Notes: a model not told the origin generated them from the sequence alone. 32,000 bases of DNA from Telmatocola sphagniphila (GCF_018398935.1 NZ_CP074694.1:5490001-5522000), one strand, 5' to 3'. Counted from the stretch's first letter, positions 8,067-17,162 are shown. Numbers and translations are program-made.

Positions 8067-10941
8067 AATTGCTCCGATAGGTCGCGACGGCGACTGCGAA
8101 CGAGTTCAGGAAGAATTCAATCTGCTCACCCACTCGCAGCGGGGGAAAGAACTGGTTGTGGCTGCCACCCGCGGCTTTCTCCTCGAAGGAGAAATCGGCG
8201 AGATCGATGCCCGGCGGCTCGTCGAAGAATTGCTGGTCGATCCCCTGCTGGAAACTTCGCAACTCACTTCCCTGCAAACAGCATTGCCTAAACCGGCGGT
8301 GACCGTGCTCTTGAAGCCGGGGGTGATGGATCCCTCGGCGCAAAGCGTTCTCGATGCCGCTCGCGATTTTCAAATCCGGCTGACTGCCGTGCGAACCTTC
8401 CGCCGCTATTACGGCCCCACCGATATTTCCGCGACCGATCGCGAAGTCTTGTTCCGTAAAGTCCTGGCGAACGATGCCATCGAACAGATCGTGCCGGGCC
8501 GTCCCCAGGCCGATCATCTCAGCCTGGGCAAATCCTACTCGTTCAAACTCATTGAAGTGCCGATTCGCAATCTCGATGATGCGGGTCTCGTGAAACTATC
8601 CAAAGAAGGTATGCTTGCGCTGAACCTGGAGGAGATGAAAACCATTCAGGCTCACTTCCGGGAGCTGGGCCGCGACGCCACCGATATCGAACTGGAAATG
8701 ATTGCCCAAACCTGGTCGGAACACTGCTCTCACAAGACTTTAAAAGGGCCCATCGATCTGGTGGAGCATACGCCACAAGGGCCCAAGATCCGCCACATTA
8801 AGAACCTGTTGCGAGAGACCGTCTTTGGCGCCACTCAGGAGATTCGCAAGAAGCTCGGCGCGGAAGACTGGTGCGTCAGCGTCTTTGCAGACAATGCCGG
8901 CGTAGTGACCTTCGACGAAAATTATCACGCCTGCATCAAGGTGGAAACGCACAATCACCCTTCCGCCATCGAACCCTACGGCGGCGCCAACACTGGCCTG
9001 GGCGGTGTGATTCGCGATCCCCTCGGTACCGGCCTGGGAGCCAAGCCAGTCTGCAATACCGATGTCTTCTGTTTTGCTTCCCCCGATTTCGACCCGGCCC
9101 AACTGCCCGCCGGTGTGCTGCATCCGCGCCGGGTGATGAAAGGGGTCGTGGCCGGGGTGCGCGACTACGGCAACCGCATGGGCATTCCCACCGTGAACGG
9201 CGCGGTGATCTTCGACGAACGCTATCTGGCCAATCCACTGGTCTTCTGCGGCACCATCGGTTTGATACCGGTGAATCGCGTTCACAAAGAACCCAAACCG
9301 GGCGATTACATCGTCGCGGTCGGTGGCCGGACGGGGCGCGACGGCATCCACGGGGCGACCTTTTCTTCGCTGGAATTGACCGACGCTTCGGAAGTGGAGA
9401 GTGGCGGCGCCGTGCAGATCGGCAACGCCATCGCCGAGAAAAAAGTGATGGATGTCATTCTGCAGGCGCGCGATCTCGGACTCTACACGGCCATCACCGA
9501 CTGCGGGGCTGGCGGCTTCTCCTCGGCGGTGGGGGAAATGGGCGCGGAACTCGGCGCGGCCGTCGAACTGGAGAAATGCCCGCTGAAATACGAGGGCTTG
9601 AGTTATACTGAAATCTGGATCTCCGAATCGCAGGAACGCATGGTGCTGGCCGTGCCGCCCAAAAACTGGCGGGAGCTGCAGCAACTGTGCGCTTCCGAAG
9701 GGGTGGAAGCGGCCATCATCGGTCACTTCGAAAGTACTGGTAAATTGAAGCTCCGCTATCAGGGGCATTCTGTCGGCGAACTCGAAATGCACTTCCTGCA
9801 CGACGGCCGGCCCGACGTGGTTCGCCCAGCCGAGGTGCCGCCTCCAGCTGCCAATTTGCCTCCGTTAAAATTCCACGATAAACCGCAGGAAACTCTCGCG
9901 AAGATTCTGGCCTGTTATTCGGTCTGTTCGAAAGAATGGATCATCCGGCAGTACGATCACGAAGTGCAGGGGGGCAGTGTGATCAAACCGCTGGTCGGCG
10001 TGGTCAACGATGGCCCCTCCGATGCGGCCGTGGTCATGCCGGTACTCGGTTCGCAGAAGGGGCTCGCCATTGGTTGCGGTATCAATCCCCGCTATGCCGA
10101 TTTCGATTCCTACGCGGCGGCCGCATGTGCCATTGATGAGGCGTTGCGAAATGTCGTGGCGGTGGGGGCCAACCCGAGCAAAACCGCGATTCTCGATAAC
10201 TTCTGCTGGGGCAACTGCAACGATCCCTTAATTCTCGGTTCGCTGGTGCGGGCGGCCGATGCCTGCAAGGATGTGGCGCTGGCCTTTGGCACGCCGTTCG
10301 TTTCGGGCAAGGATTCGCTGAATAACGAATACCGCTCGGCCGATCGCCGGATTTCGATACCGGGTACTTTGTTGATTACCGCCATGGGGCAGGTGAGCGA
10401 TGTCACCCGTTGCGTGACCATGGATTTCAAGCAGCCGGGCAATGCCATCTACGTTGTGGGCACGACCCGCAATGAAATGGGCGGCTCGCATTATGCTCTG
10501 GTGACCGGCCAGACCGGTGGCGAAGTGCCGCGTGTCGATTTGAGTGCCGCACCTAAGCTCTTTGCCACTTTGCACACGGCTATTTCGAAGGGGCTGGTGC
10601 GCAGTTGCCACGATTGCAGTGAAGGGGGCTTGGCGGTCGCCCTGGCGGAGATGGCTTTCGCGGGTGGCATCGGGGCCGATGTTGTGCATCTGAGTGGGGT
10701 GGCTCCTTCCTTGCCGGATACCGTCAAATTGTTCAGCGAATCGCCGAGCCGATTCGTGCTGGAAGTGGAGCCGGGCCACGAGAAGGAACTGGCGGAGTTG
10801 TTCGCGGGACAGGCTCTCATGAAGCTCGGCTCGACGGTGAAGGAAGACCGCTTGCGAATTGCGGGCGAGAATGGCGAATGGCTGATCTGGGCCAAGCTGC
10901 GCGAGTTGAAGGACGCCTGGCAGAAACCGCTGAAATGGTAG
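8050..10941 (+). CDS. purL: Phosphoribosylformylglycinamidine synthase subunit PurL with a PurS-like N-terminal extension
   Basis: 963 aa. Diagnostic blocks are WSEHCSHKTLKG, VETHNHPSAIEPYGGANTGLGGVIRD, GRTGRDGIHGATFSS and VSGKDSLNNEY. The first roughly 190 aa precede the usual PurL start and contain VTVLLKPGVMDPSAQSVLDAARDFQIRLTAVRTFRRYY, which resembles PurS. No glutaminase (PurQ) domain is present. Confidence 0.95.
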   Translation: MLWEVEIAPIGRDGDCERVQEEFNLLTHSQRGKELVVAATRGFLLEGEIGEIDARRLVEELLVDPLLETSQLTSLQTALPKPAVTVLLKPGVMDPSAQSVLDAARDFQIRLTAVRTFRRYYGPTDISATDREVLFRKVLANDAIEQIVPGRPQADHLSLGKSYSFKLIEVPIRNLDDAGLVKLSKEGMLALNLEEMKTIQAHFRELGRDATDIELEMIAQTWSEHCSHKTLKGPIDLVEHTPQGPKIRHIKNLLRETVFGATQEIRKKLGAEDWCVSVFADNAGVVTFDENYHACIKVETHNHPSAIEPYGGANTGLGGVIRDPLGTGLGAKPVCNTDVFCFASPDFDPAQLPAGVLHPRRVMKGVVAGVRDYGNRMGIPTVNGAVIFDERYLANPLVFCGTIGLIPVNRVHKEPKPGDYIVAVGGRTGRDGIHGATFSSLELTDASEVESGGAVQIGNAIAEKKVMDVILQARDLGLYTAITDCGAGGFSSAVGEMGAELGAAVELEKCPLKYEGLSYTEIWISESQERMVLAVPPKNWRELQQLCASEGVEAAIIGHFESTGKLKLRYQGHSVGELEMHFLHDGRPDVVRPAEVPPPAANLPPLKFHDKPQETLAKILACYSVCSKEWIIRQYDHEVQGGSVIKPLVGVVNDGPSDAAVVMPVLGSQKGLAIGCGINPRYADFDSYAAAACAIDEALRNVVAVGANPSKTAILDNFCWGNCNDPLILGSLVRAADACKDVALAFGTPFVSGKDSLNNEYRSADRRISIPGTLLITAMGQVSDVTRCVTMDFKQPGNAIYVVGTTRNEMGGSHYALVTGQTGGEVPRVDLSAAPKLFATLHTAISKGLVRSCHDCSEGGLAVALAEMAFAGGIGADVVHLSGVAPSLPDTVKLFSESPSRFVLEVEPGHEKELAELFAGQALMKLGSTVKEDRLRIAGENGEWLIWAKLRELKDAWQKPLKW

Positions 10942-11084
10942 GGGAATGCGATTTCTTAAATTGCGATTCTCTGATTCCGGGTTGATTTTAGAAAAGCTCG
11001 GATGTTCAGAGGTTCAGGCTAATTTTTACGAAAACAGCCTTCAATCCTTGAGGCTGTGACATCTAAATCTTCCGAAGCGTCGCG

Positions 11085-11534
11085 TTACCAGATGCCCTGA
11101 ACGCGACTGAGAAAAATGCAGAGTACACGAGTCGCTTCGCGCATGTCGACAGGCACGACAAACTTAGTGCGTTCGTGAACCAGAATATTCCGATATTCTC
11201 GAACTTTATGAACTGCTTCCGCATCGGCCTGAGGTATCCGGCAACGATCCCGAACGCGGTTAATCAGCGGTTCCGTGCCTCTGGGTTTACGGATGTGAAA
11301 TGCTCGTATGAAGTGTTGAAGAGCGGTCTCAAATTCCGAGAAGATTCGAACGATATAGGTACCTTCCAGATGGGATGAGGCAGTGACGATATCTCTGCGA
11401 ATTATGCGATTTCCCAAGATCGCTGGATTAACAGTCATTTCCTCGAGTAGACGATCAGTTACAAAACGGATTGCACCATACTCGCGTTCCACGGCTTTGA
11501 TCCGCGTCATCCAGTCAAATGCTTCATTCAGCAT
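11085..11534 (-). CDS. HEPN-like protein (RNxxxH motif), second gene of a two-gene module
   Basis: 149 aa. The C-terminal third contains VHKVREYRNILVHERTKF, an R-x4-H motif of the HEPN type in the 'RNxxxH' flavour. An earlier acidic helix reads LEGTYIVRIFSEFETALQHF. The start ATG lies inside the last codons of the upstream gene, within the sequence ATGCTGAATGA. Confidence 0.5.
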   Translation of the reverse strand: MLNEAFDWMTRIKAVEREYGAIRFVTDRLLEEMTVNPAILGNRIIRRDIVTASSHLEGTYIVRIFSEFETALQHFIRAFHIRKPRGTEPLINRVRDRCRIPQADAEAVHKVREYRNILVHERTKFVVPVDMREATRVLCIFLSRVQGIW

Positions 11535-12189
11535 GGGCTTTCATCTCATCGAAGACCTTTCGAAGGCTTTCTTTCGTCAAAGGTTTTGCCTCTTCCTCGC
11601 GGGCTTTACCGTTATTGGAAGCTCTTTTGAATAGATAGTGGATGTGCCAGCGATTGTTATAAAAGTATAAATTGGCAATATCGTCGTAAGAAGGCATTAA
11701 GTAAAGGTCGACGACGCCTTCCGCACCCGGCGCGGTGCGCGCAATGGGCTCCAGAAACAGGCGAACTGTTTCATGCTGAAGCAGCAGTCCCGGAGCTTTG
11801 TAATTCCCGAGCTCCGCATCTTCGATTTTTTTATCCACTGTTTTAGTGGCCCAATCGAGTTCCTGAGCCCAATTCTTTACCGTCGCCACAAGCTTCCTGA
11901 GCTTCTCAAGCCACTCGAGTCTAATGCTGATTTTCTGCCGGGCGGCTGCCTCCAGCTCTCTCTGCGTTGATTCTTGTACAGGTCGATTAATCCATTTGAA
12001 ATTCGTTTCATTGGCATGATTCTGAACGGATACGATATACTGAGGCATCGCCTCCACAGTGGCCTTTTCAGTAGACGTGGGCCGAACCGCCTTAGGCACA
12101 AATGTGAATCGGAGTGCCCCATTCGTATCGGGATCCTCCAAAATATTCACACTGTACGAAGCTGCTTGCGTCGCGCTATTCTTCGCCAT
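11524..12189 (-). CDS. Hypothetical protein (221 aa), first gene of the HEPN-like module
   Basis: ATG at 12189 is preceded by a GAGGG Shine-Dalgarno-like sequence; the ORF track begins one codon earlier at GTG 12192. I recognise no domain. A central segment, RELEAAARQKISIRLEWLEKLRKLVATVKNWAQELD, looks like a coiled coil. It overlaps the downstream gene by 11 nt. Confidence 0.6.
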   Translation of the reverse strand: MAKNSATQAASYSVNILEDPDTNGALRFTFVPKAVRPTSTEKATVEAMPQYIVSVQNHANETNFKWINRPVQESTQRELEAAARQKISIRLEWLEKLRKLVATVKNWAQELDWATKTVDKKIEDAELGNYKAPGLLLQHETVRLFLEPIARTAPGAEGVVDLYLMPSYDDIANLYFYNNRWHIHYLFKRASNNGKAREEEAKPLTKESLRKVFDEMKAHAE

Positions 12190-12535
12190 CACACCCTCAG
12201 TCCAATGCCACTTCTGAAAACGACAATTCCGAAATCAAATGATTCCCTAACCAGTTGCTGTCCAAGTATTATAACCGATTTTCACATCGACGAAAGACGG
12301 TGTCCGAAGGAGGAGATTATGTGGGCAATCGGGCTCTCAAATCGAGCATTTTTCTCGAAGCTTCCCGCGATTTTGATTGCGATAACGACCAGATCGGCGA
12401 CAATCGCCTGGGAGGATGCTCCCTTGCCGATCACCAAAAATTTTCCCCCTTCTTGTCGATTTCCTTTCCCATCGTTCGACTAAACCAGGAACAGCGGGCA
12501 GATCGCCCGTGCAACGACTCGAATTTGGAGAAGCT

Positions 12536-12880
12536 ATGCCGCAGTTTCTGGTTGCAATTCACCATCCCGATGGCTACGAACCCTCCGCGGAGGATGAAGC
12601 GATGCATCGCGATATCGACGTGCTGAACGAGGCGATGATTGCCGCGGGTATCCGCGTTTTCGTCGGCGGCCTGCGCCCAGCTCCGGAGGCAAGGTCGCTC
12701 CGGGCTCAAACCGGCGGTAAAGTCCTCGTCACCGATGGGCCTTACCTGGAAACCAAAGAGCACATCGGCGGCTTCTGGGTGCTGGAACTCCCCAATATGA
12801 AAGAAGCCCTGGAGTGGGGCAAGAAGGCCGTGCTCGCCTGTCGAGCACAGGTCGAGGTGCGGGAATTTTACTCGATGTAA
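12536..12880 (+). CDS. YCII-related (DGPF-motif) domain protein
   Basis: 114 aa from ATG 12536; the track's 12416 start adds 40 implausible residues. It contains VTDGPYLETKEHIGGFWVLELPNMKEALEWGKK, the classic YCII/DGPF block. Confidence 0.85.
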   Translation: MPQFLVAIHHPDGYEPSAEDEAMHRDIDVLNEAMIAAGIRVFVGGLRPAPEARSLRAQTGGKVLVTDGPYLETKEHIGGFWVLELPNMKEALEWGKKAVLACRAQVEVREFYSM

Positions 12881-13020
12881 TTCGACGACATAACTTCAGT
12901 TTTTAGACTATATGACGCTCGGAGGTGGCTGGCTGTCGAGAAAGGCAGTTCCCCCTCGACGCGACCGACCTAATTCACTCTAGGACAGTAACACGGAACT
13001 TTTAAACCGAGGAAATTCGA

Positions 13021-13401
13021 ATGAGATTTATTAGCGTTATGACAGGCAATGCAGCGAATCGTCTGCCGAACCAGATCGAGATGTCCTCCATGCACAAACT
13101 CATTGTGGCAGGTATGACGGCGGGTTGGCTGATCGAGTGCGAAGGGGTGACGTTTGGCACCCAAGGTGTCCGCGTTCATAAAGATCCCGCCGGCAAAATC
13201 ACAGTCACCGATGGCCCTTTCGCGGAAACGAAAGAAGTGCTCGGCGGCTACGCACTACTGAAAGCCGATAGTATGGAGGAAGCCGTTGGCTATACTCGGC
13301 AATTTCTCGAACATGTCGGCCAGGGAACCGGCGAGGGATTTTGGGAGGGCACTTGGGAGACTTATCAACTGTTTGAAATGCCGGTGGAAGAAGTTAAGTA
13401 G
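13021..13401 (+). CDS. YCII-related (DGPF-motif) domain protein, second divergent copy
   Basis: 126 aa containing ITVTDGPFAETKEVLGGYALLKADSMEEAVGYTRQF. Confidence 0.85.
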   Translation: MRFISVMTGNAANRLPNQIEMSSMHKLIVAGMTAGWLIECEGVTFGTQGVRVHKDPAGKITVTDGPFAETKEVLGGYALLKADSMEEAVGYTRQFLEHVGQGTGEGFWEGTWETYQLFEMPVEEVK

Positions 13402-13614
13402 ATTTAAACCGCAGTGGTAATTAATAAATATAAAACGCGCTTATATTTTATACTTAGGAGAAATACTATTTTCCCCAGCGCGCGTGGAATATTTTTATTG
13501 AAACGATAGTCGGAAACGCCGCGTTGCGGGATCAAATCTCTAGACTAACTGCGGTTCCGTTATCCGAAATCTGCGGAACCGTAAAGTCGAATAATTACCG
13601 AGAGGTTGCAAAAG

Positions 13615-14178
13615 ATGGCGAAGTCTCCGGCGGAAATGAAAGCGGCGATGATCGCGGGCCTGCAGGAGAAAACGGGCAGGTCGCTCGAAGAGTGGTTGCC
13701 GATTTTGCGAGCCAGTGGACTGACCAAGCACAAAGAACTCGTCACGCTGCTCAAGACCGAATACGAACTGACACATGGCTTCGCCAACATGATCGCCTTG
13801 CAAACTCTGGGTTCGGATAGCCACACCTCCGAGGACACCGATGCGCTGGTCGATGCCCAGTACGCCGGTAAGAAGGCGGGACTGCGGCCAATCTACGACG
13901 CTCTGATCGCCGCCGTGAAGAAGTTCGGAAAGGTCGAGGTTTCGCCGAAGAAAGCGTACGTCAGCCTCCGGCGGAATACGCAATTTGCCATCCTACAACC
14001 CTCGACGGCCACCCGGCTCGACGTGGGTCTGGTCTTGCCCGATGTCGATTCAACCGACCGGCTCGAAGTGGCCGGGAGTTTCAATGCGATGGTCACTCAC
14101 CGGGTACGTCTCGAGAATCTTTCGGAGATCAATAAGGAGTTGCTTGGCTGGCTGAAGCAGGCGTACGAGAAGGGGTAG
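13615..14178 (+). CDS. DUF4287 plus DUF5655 domain protein
   Basis: ATG 13615 follows AGAGG; the track start TTG 13606 is less likely. The N-terminal block GLQEKTGRSLEEWLPILRASGLTKHKELVTLLKTEYELTHGFANMIA is DUF4287-like. The C-terminal block KKFGKVEVSPKKAYVSLRRNTQFAILQPSTATRLDVGLVL is DUF5655-like. Both calls are from memory. Confidence 0.75.
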   Translation: MAKSPAEMKAAMIAGLQEKTGRSLEEWLPILRASGLTKHKELVTLLKTEYELTHGFANMIALQTLGSDSHTSEDTDALVDAQYAGKKAGLRPIYDALIAAVKKFGKVEVSPKKAYVSLRRNTQFAILQPSTATRLDVGLVLPDVDSTDRLEVAGSFNAMVTHRVRLENLSEINKELLGWLKQAYEKG

Positions 14179-14540
14179 AGTTACCTTGGCATTGTTCGAG
14201 CGACATTTTTTTGAAGCTAATCTGACGGTGAAAAAGTCGATGGTTTCTTCATTTCAGGAACAAGCTTCCAGGTTCAGTTAAGGTTTTTATTCTTAAGGAT
14301 CATTCGTGATCGAATCGGAGACGAGTCGATGGAACTCCTTACCTGACAAAGTGATACACGGTTTAAATCTTGTTCCAGTCTATTTACGAGATATAATTCA
14401 GTTCAGCAAAGTCATTGTTACCACAGTTCTTTCGACCGATGTCCTGGCTCTGATGAATTCGTCTATGACAATCGGAAAGATCGAATGATTGGCACAGTAA
14501 GACAATTTTCCGGCAGCGATTTTTGATTGGTTGAGATTTG

Positions 14541-15272
14541 ATGGCCCATTTTGACGATTATCACCGAACAGTGGTCGGTTACCATGGTACTAGTATTTCT
14601 TCGGCGTTGCGAATTGTAAATCGAGTTGAGAACTTCCGTCAGAGCGAAAGGGATTACGACTGGTTGGGAAGAGGGATCTATTTCTGGGAATATGGACCGA
14701 AACAGGCTCTGAATTTCGCGAGAATTCGTCAAAGGCAAGCGATAAATAAGAAGCATAAAACCTCGGGAGATCTCCGAAGAGCTACCGAACCTTTGGCCGT
14801 GGTTGCTTGCATGATACGGCTGGGATTTTGTCTAGACTTAACTGAACCTGAAAATGTAGAATATCTTGTAGCTATTTTCGATTCCTACAGGGAGTCGATG
14901 GAACTCGCTGGTGCTGAATTGCCCAAGAATCGGCATAAATACCGAAAGTTGGACTGTGCAATTTTCGAGTATGCCTACAAGGTCATCGAAGATTCCGAGT
15001 CCAATTTAACAATAGATACGGCCCGAGGCATCTATGTTCCTAGAGATGGAACCACTCGTATATGGCCGGGTAGCTGGATCTCTCGGGATACTCACATCCA
15101 GCTCTGTGTACGAAATCCGGCAAATTTGCTTGGAACATGGCTCCATTATCCGACCGGATTGGGGGTGAAGAATGTCTGTGAAGCGTTACAAGCTGGCGTT
15201 GCCGACCTCAAGTCAGAAGATTCGCAAAGCGAAAGCGAAGTTGAAGGGGATGAGTCAGCTCCGGAGAATTGA
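14541..15272 (+). CDS. Orphan protein with an H-Y-[EDQ] ADP-ribosyltransferase-fold-like (DUF3990-like) motif order and an acidic C-terminal tail
   Basis: 243 aa from ATG 14541. The ordered motifs are VVGYHGTS, then WLGRGIYFWEY, then THIQLCVRNP. The tail is SEDSQSESEVEGDESAPEN. G+C is lower than in the flanking genes. The functional call is tentative. Confidence 0.4.
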   Translation: MAHFDDYHRTVVGYHGTSISSALRIVNRVENFRQSERDYDWLGRGIYFWEYGPKQALNFARIRQRQAINKKHKTSGDLRRATEPLAVVACMIRLGFCLDLTEPENVEYLVAIFDSYRESMELAGAELPKNRHKYRKLDCAIFEYAYKVIEDSESNLTIDTARGIYVPRDGTTRIWPGSWISRDTHIQLCVRNPANLLGTWLHYPTGLGVKNVCEALQAGVADLKSEDSQSESEVEGDESAPEN

Positions 15273-15516
15273 CTTGATGGTCAAGGCAGGGGTAATGACC
15301 GAGAAACAGGCGGAAAAAGCCAGGAAGAAGTTTGCTGAGACGTCGACTTGAGAGGGGAGATTCAGAAACCAAATTCTCCTTTTGATGTAGCGTTGAGCCA
15401 CGAACCCCCAGCAAGAATTAGTTCAGAGCCCTCATATCCACTAAACTTTTGGAATCAAACCGTTCGCCGAAGAGATTGACAGCTTTTTCATTTCGCGGAG
15501 GAGTTAATCAATCCAA

Positions 15517-16434
15517 ATGGCCAAGCGAGACCTGAACAGCGGACTGTATGATCCCCGAATGGGCGATCAGGCCATTCGCTCGCTGAGCCTGAGTCTCGAT
15601 CCCAAATCCATCGAACCGGCCCGCACCAATTACTTTTCGATCTACTACATCGAAAACGGCTCCGGCAAGTTTTGGGCCGATGCCGCCTGTCATGAATTCG
15701 ACAGGGGTTCGCTGTTGTTCTTCGTACCGTATCAAAGCATCCGATTTGTTCCCGATACGCCTGTTCGCGCGGAGGCCATTCAATTCCACGCTAACTTTCT
15801 TTGCGTCGAGACGTTCCACGCCGAGGTCGGTTGCAGCGGAATTCTATTCAACGATCCCTACGGCATCCCAGTCGTCTCGCTGGACAAATCGGCCCAGCGG
15901 GAAGTATCCCGTCTGATCGAACGCGTTCGGAAGGAGCAAAGTCAAAGCGCCTTGGCGTTTGGCGAAGTTATGCTCGCTTATCTGAAAGTTTTGCTGATTC
16001 TGGCCGCGCGTATCAAGTCCCCCCAACCGGGCCTCTGCGTACCGGGCGCCAATGATTTTCGACATCCGGTTCTCGCCCAACTCCGCGATCTGATCGAGGA
16101 AAACTACCAGACTATGCATTCCCCGGCCGACTATGCCAAGCGGTTGCATCTGACGGCCAAGACCCTGGGAAGAATCGTTCGGGAACACCTGGGGACCACG
16201 CCGACCGATCTCATTCGGAATCGAATTCTTATCCATGCCAAATGGCAACTTCTTCACACACTGAAGCCGATTAAAGAGATTTCGCGCGAGCTGGGTTTTC
16301 GCGATGAACTCTATTTCAGCCGATTTTTCAAAAAATTTACCGGCTATTCGCCCACCTTCTTCCGCGAGTTCGAAACGGAAATTCGCAACGGGAGCAATCT
16401 GTCCATGTTTTCGGCCCAAGCGCCCATTCTGTAG
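15517..16434 (+). CDS. AraC-family transcriptional regulator
   Basis: 305 aa. An N-terminal cupin-like sensor region is followed by a C-terminal double HTH: YAKRLHLTAKTLGRIVREHLGTTPTDLIRNRILIHAKWQL ... ISRELGFRDELYFSRFFKKFTGYSPTFFR. Confidence 0.9.
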   Translation: MAKRDLNSGLYDPRMGDQAIRSLSLSLDPKSIEPARTNYFSIYYIENGSGKFWADAACHEFDRGSLLFFVPYQSIRFVPDTPVRAEAIQFHANFLCVETFHAEVGCSGILFNDPYGIPVVSLDKSAQREVSRLIERVRKEQSQSALAFGEVMLAYLKVLLILAARIKSPQPGLCVPGANDFRHPVLAQLRDLIEENYQTMHSPADYAKRLHLTAKTLGRIVREHLGTTPTDLIRNRILIHAKWQLLHTLKPIKEISRELGFRDELYFSRFFKKFTGYSPTFFREFETEIRNGSNLSMFSAQAPIL

Positions 16435-16525
16435 GCCAAAGTGGAATCCGATAATTGAGTCATGGGGCGGGCGAACCGGGGTTACTCCCGGGAGCAGCCG
16501 AAATAGACTCTTACGGAGATACAAA

Positions 16526-17116
16526 ATGGGTGTGCTGAAATTATTTGAAATGGCGTCTCGAATGGACAAAGTGGGCGTTGCTCTGACCCGAGTAGGACTC
16601 ATCATCGTGCTGCTGTGGATCGGTGGGTTGAAAGCGTTCCGCTACGAAGCGGATGGGATCGTGCCATTCGTGGCTAACAGTCCGACCATGAGTTTCTTCT
16701 ATGCCGACCCCGCCAATTATAAATCGCATAGGAATCCAGAAGGGGCCTTGGTACCGGAAAATCGGGCGTGGCACGAAGCCAATCGCACCTACACTTTCGC
16801 TTACGGCCTGGGCTCGGTGATCGTCCTTTATGGACTGTTGCTCTGTCTGCATCCGGTGTTGCCGCAAGCCGCCGCGGTGGGCAGCTTTCTGGTGTTTATC
16901 ATGTCTTTTGTTACGCTCTCATTTCTCATTACAACTCCCGAATGCTGGGTAGCGGATCTCGGGGAGGCTCAACATGGTTTCCCTTATTTGAGTGGAGCAG
17001 GTAGGCTGGTGATCAAAGACGCCATCATGATGGGAGCGGCTTTGGTAACGATGGCCGATTCGGCAAAAGCGTATCTGAAAAAACGATTGCACGCTACGAA
17101 GGGAGCCCTAAACTAA
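16526..17116 (+). CDS. DUF417 (YkgB/RclC-like) inner-membrane protein
   Basis: 196 aa from ATG 16526; the track's 16304 start overlaps araC and is implausible. It contains MDKVGVALTRVGLIIVLLWIGGLKAFRYEADGIVPFVANSP and a C-terminal GAGRLVIKDAIMMGAALV block typical of DUF417. Confidence 0.8.
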   Translation: MGVLKLFEMASRMDKVGVALTRVGLIIVLLWIGGLKAFRYEADGIVPFVANSPTMSFFYADPANYKSHRNPEGALVPENRAWHEANRTYTFAYGLGSVIVLYGLLLCLHPVLPQAAAVGSFLVFIMSFVTLSFLITTPECWVADLGEAQHGFPYLSGAGRLVIKDAIMMGAALVTMADSAKAYLKKRLHATKGALN

Positions 17117-17162
17117 TTGAGTCCAGATCCTGATTTGTAGCTCACCAAATGGGAGTCTCTAA

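Noticed and set aside
12416-12535. Long N-terminal extensions proposed by the ORF track for the first YCII gene (12416), DUF417 (16304), the ABC ATPase (29185) and DUF4287 (13606).
   Set aside because: The extensions are non-homologous to the families, overlap upstream genes or look like translated non-coding DNA. Internal ATGs at 12536, 16526, 29266 and 13615 give proteins that begin where family homology begins.
13552-13581. An inverted repeat, CGGTTCCG-N14-CGGAACCG, 34 nt upstream of the DUF4287 gene. It also reads as a direct CTGCGG repeat.
   Set aside because: The 8-bp stem is real, but there is no T-tract for a terminator and no second instance or known operator to compare with. I recorded it as unexplained rather than as a called feature.
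15277-15351. A tiny 24-codon ORF (MVKAGVMTEKQAEKARKKFAETST) right after the ART-like gene, considered as a possible antitoxin or partner.
   Set aside because: It is too short and has no ribosome-binding site or motif support. It cannot be distinguished from chance.
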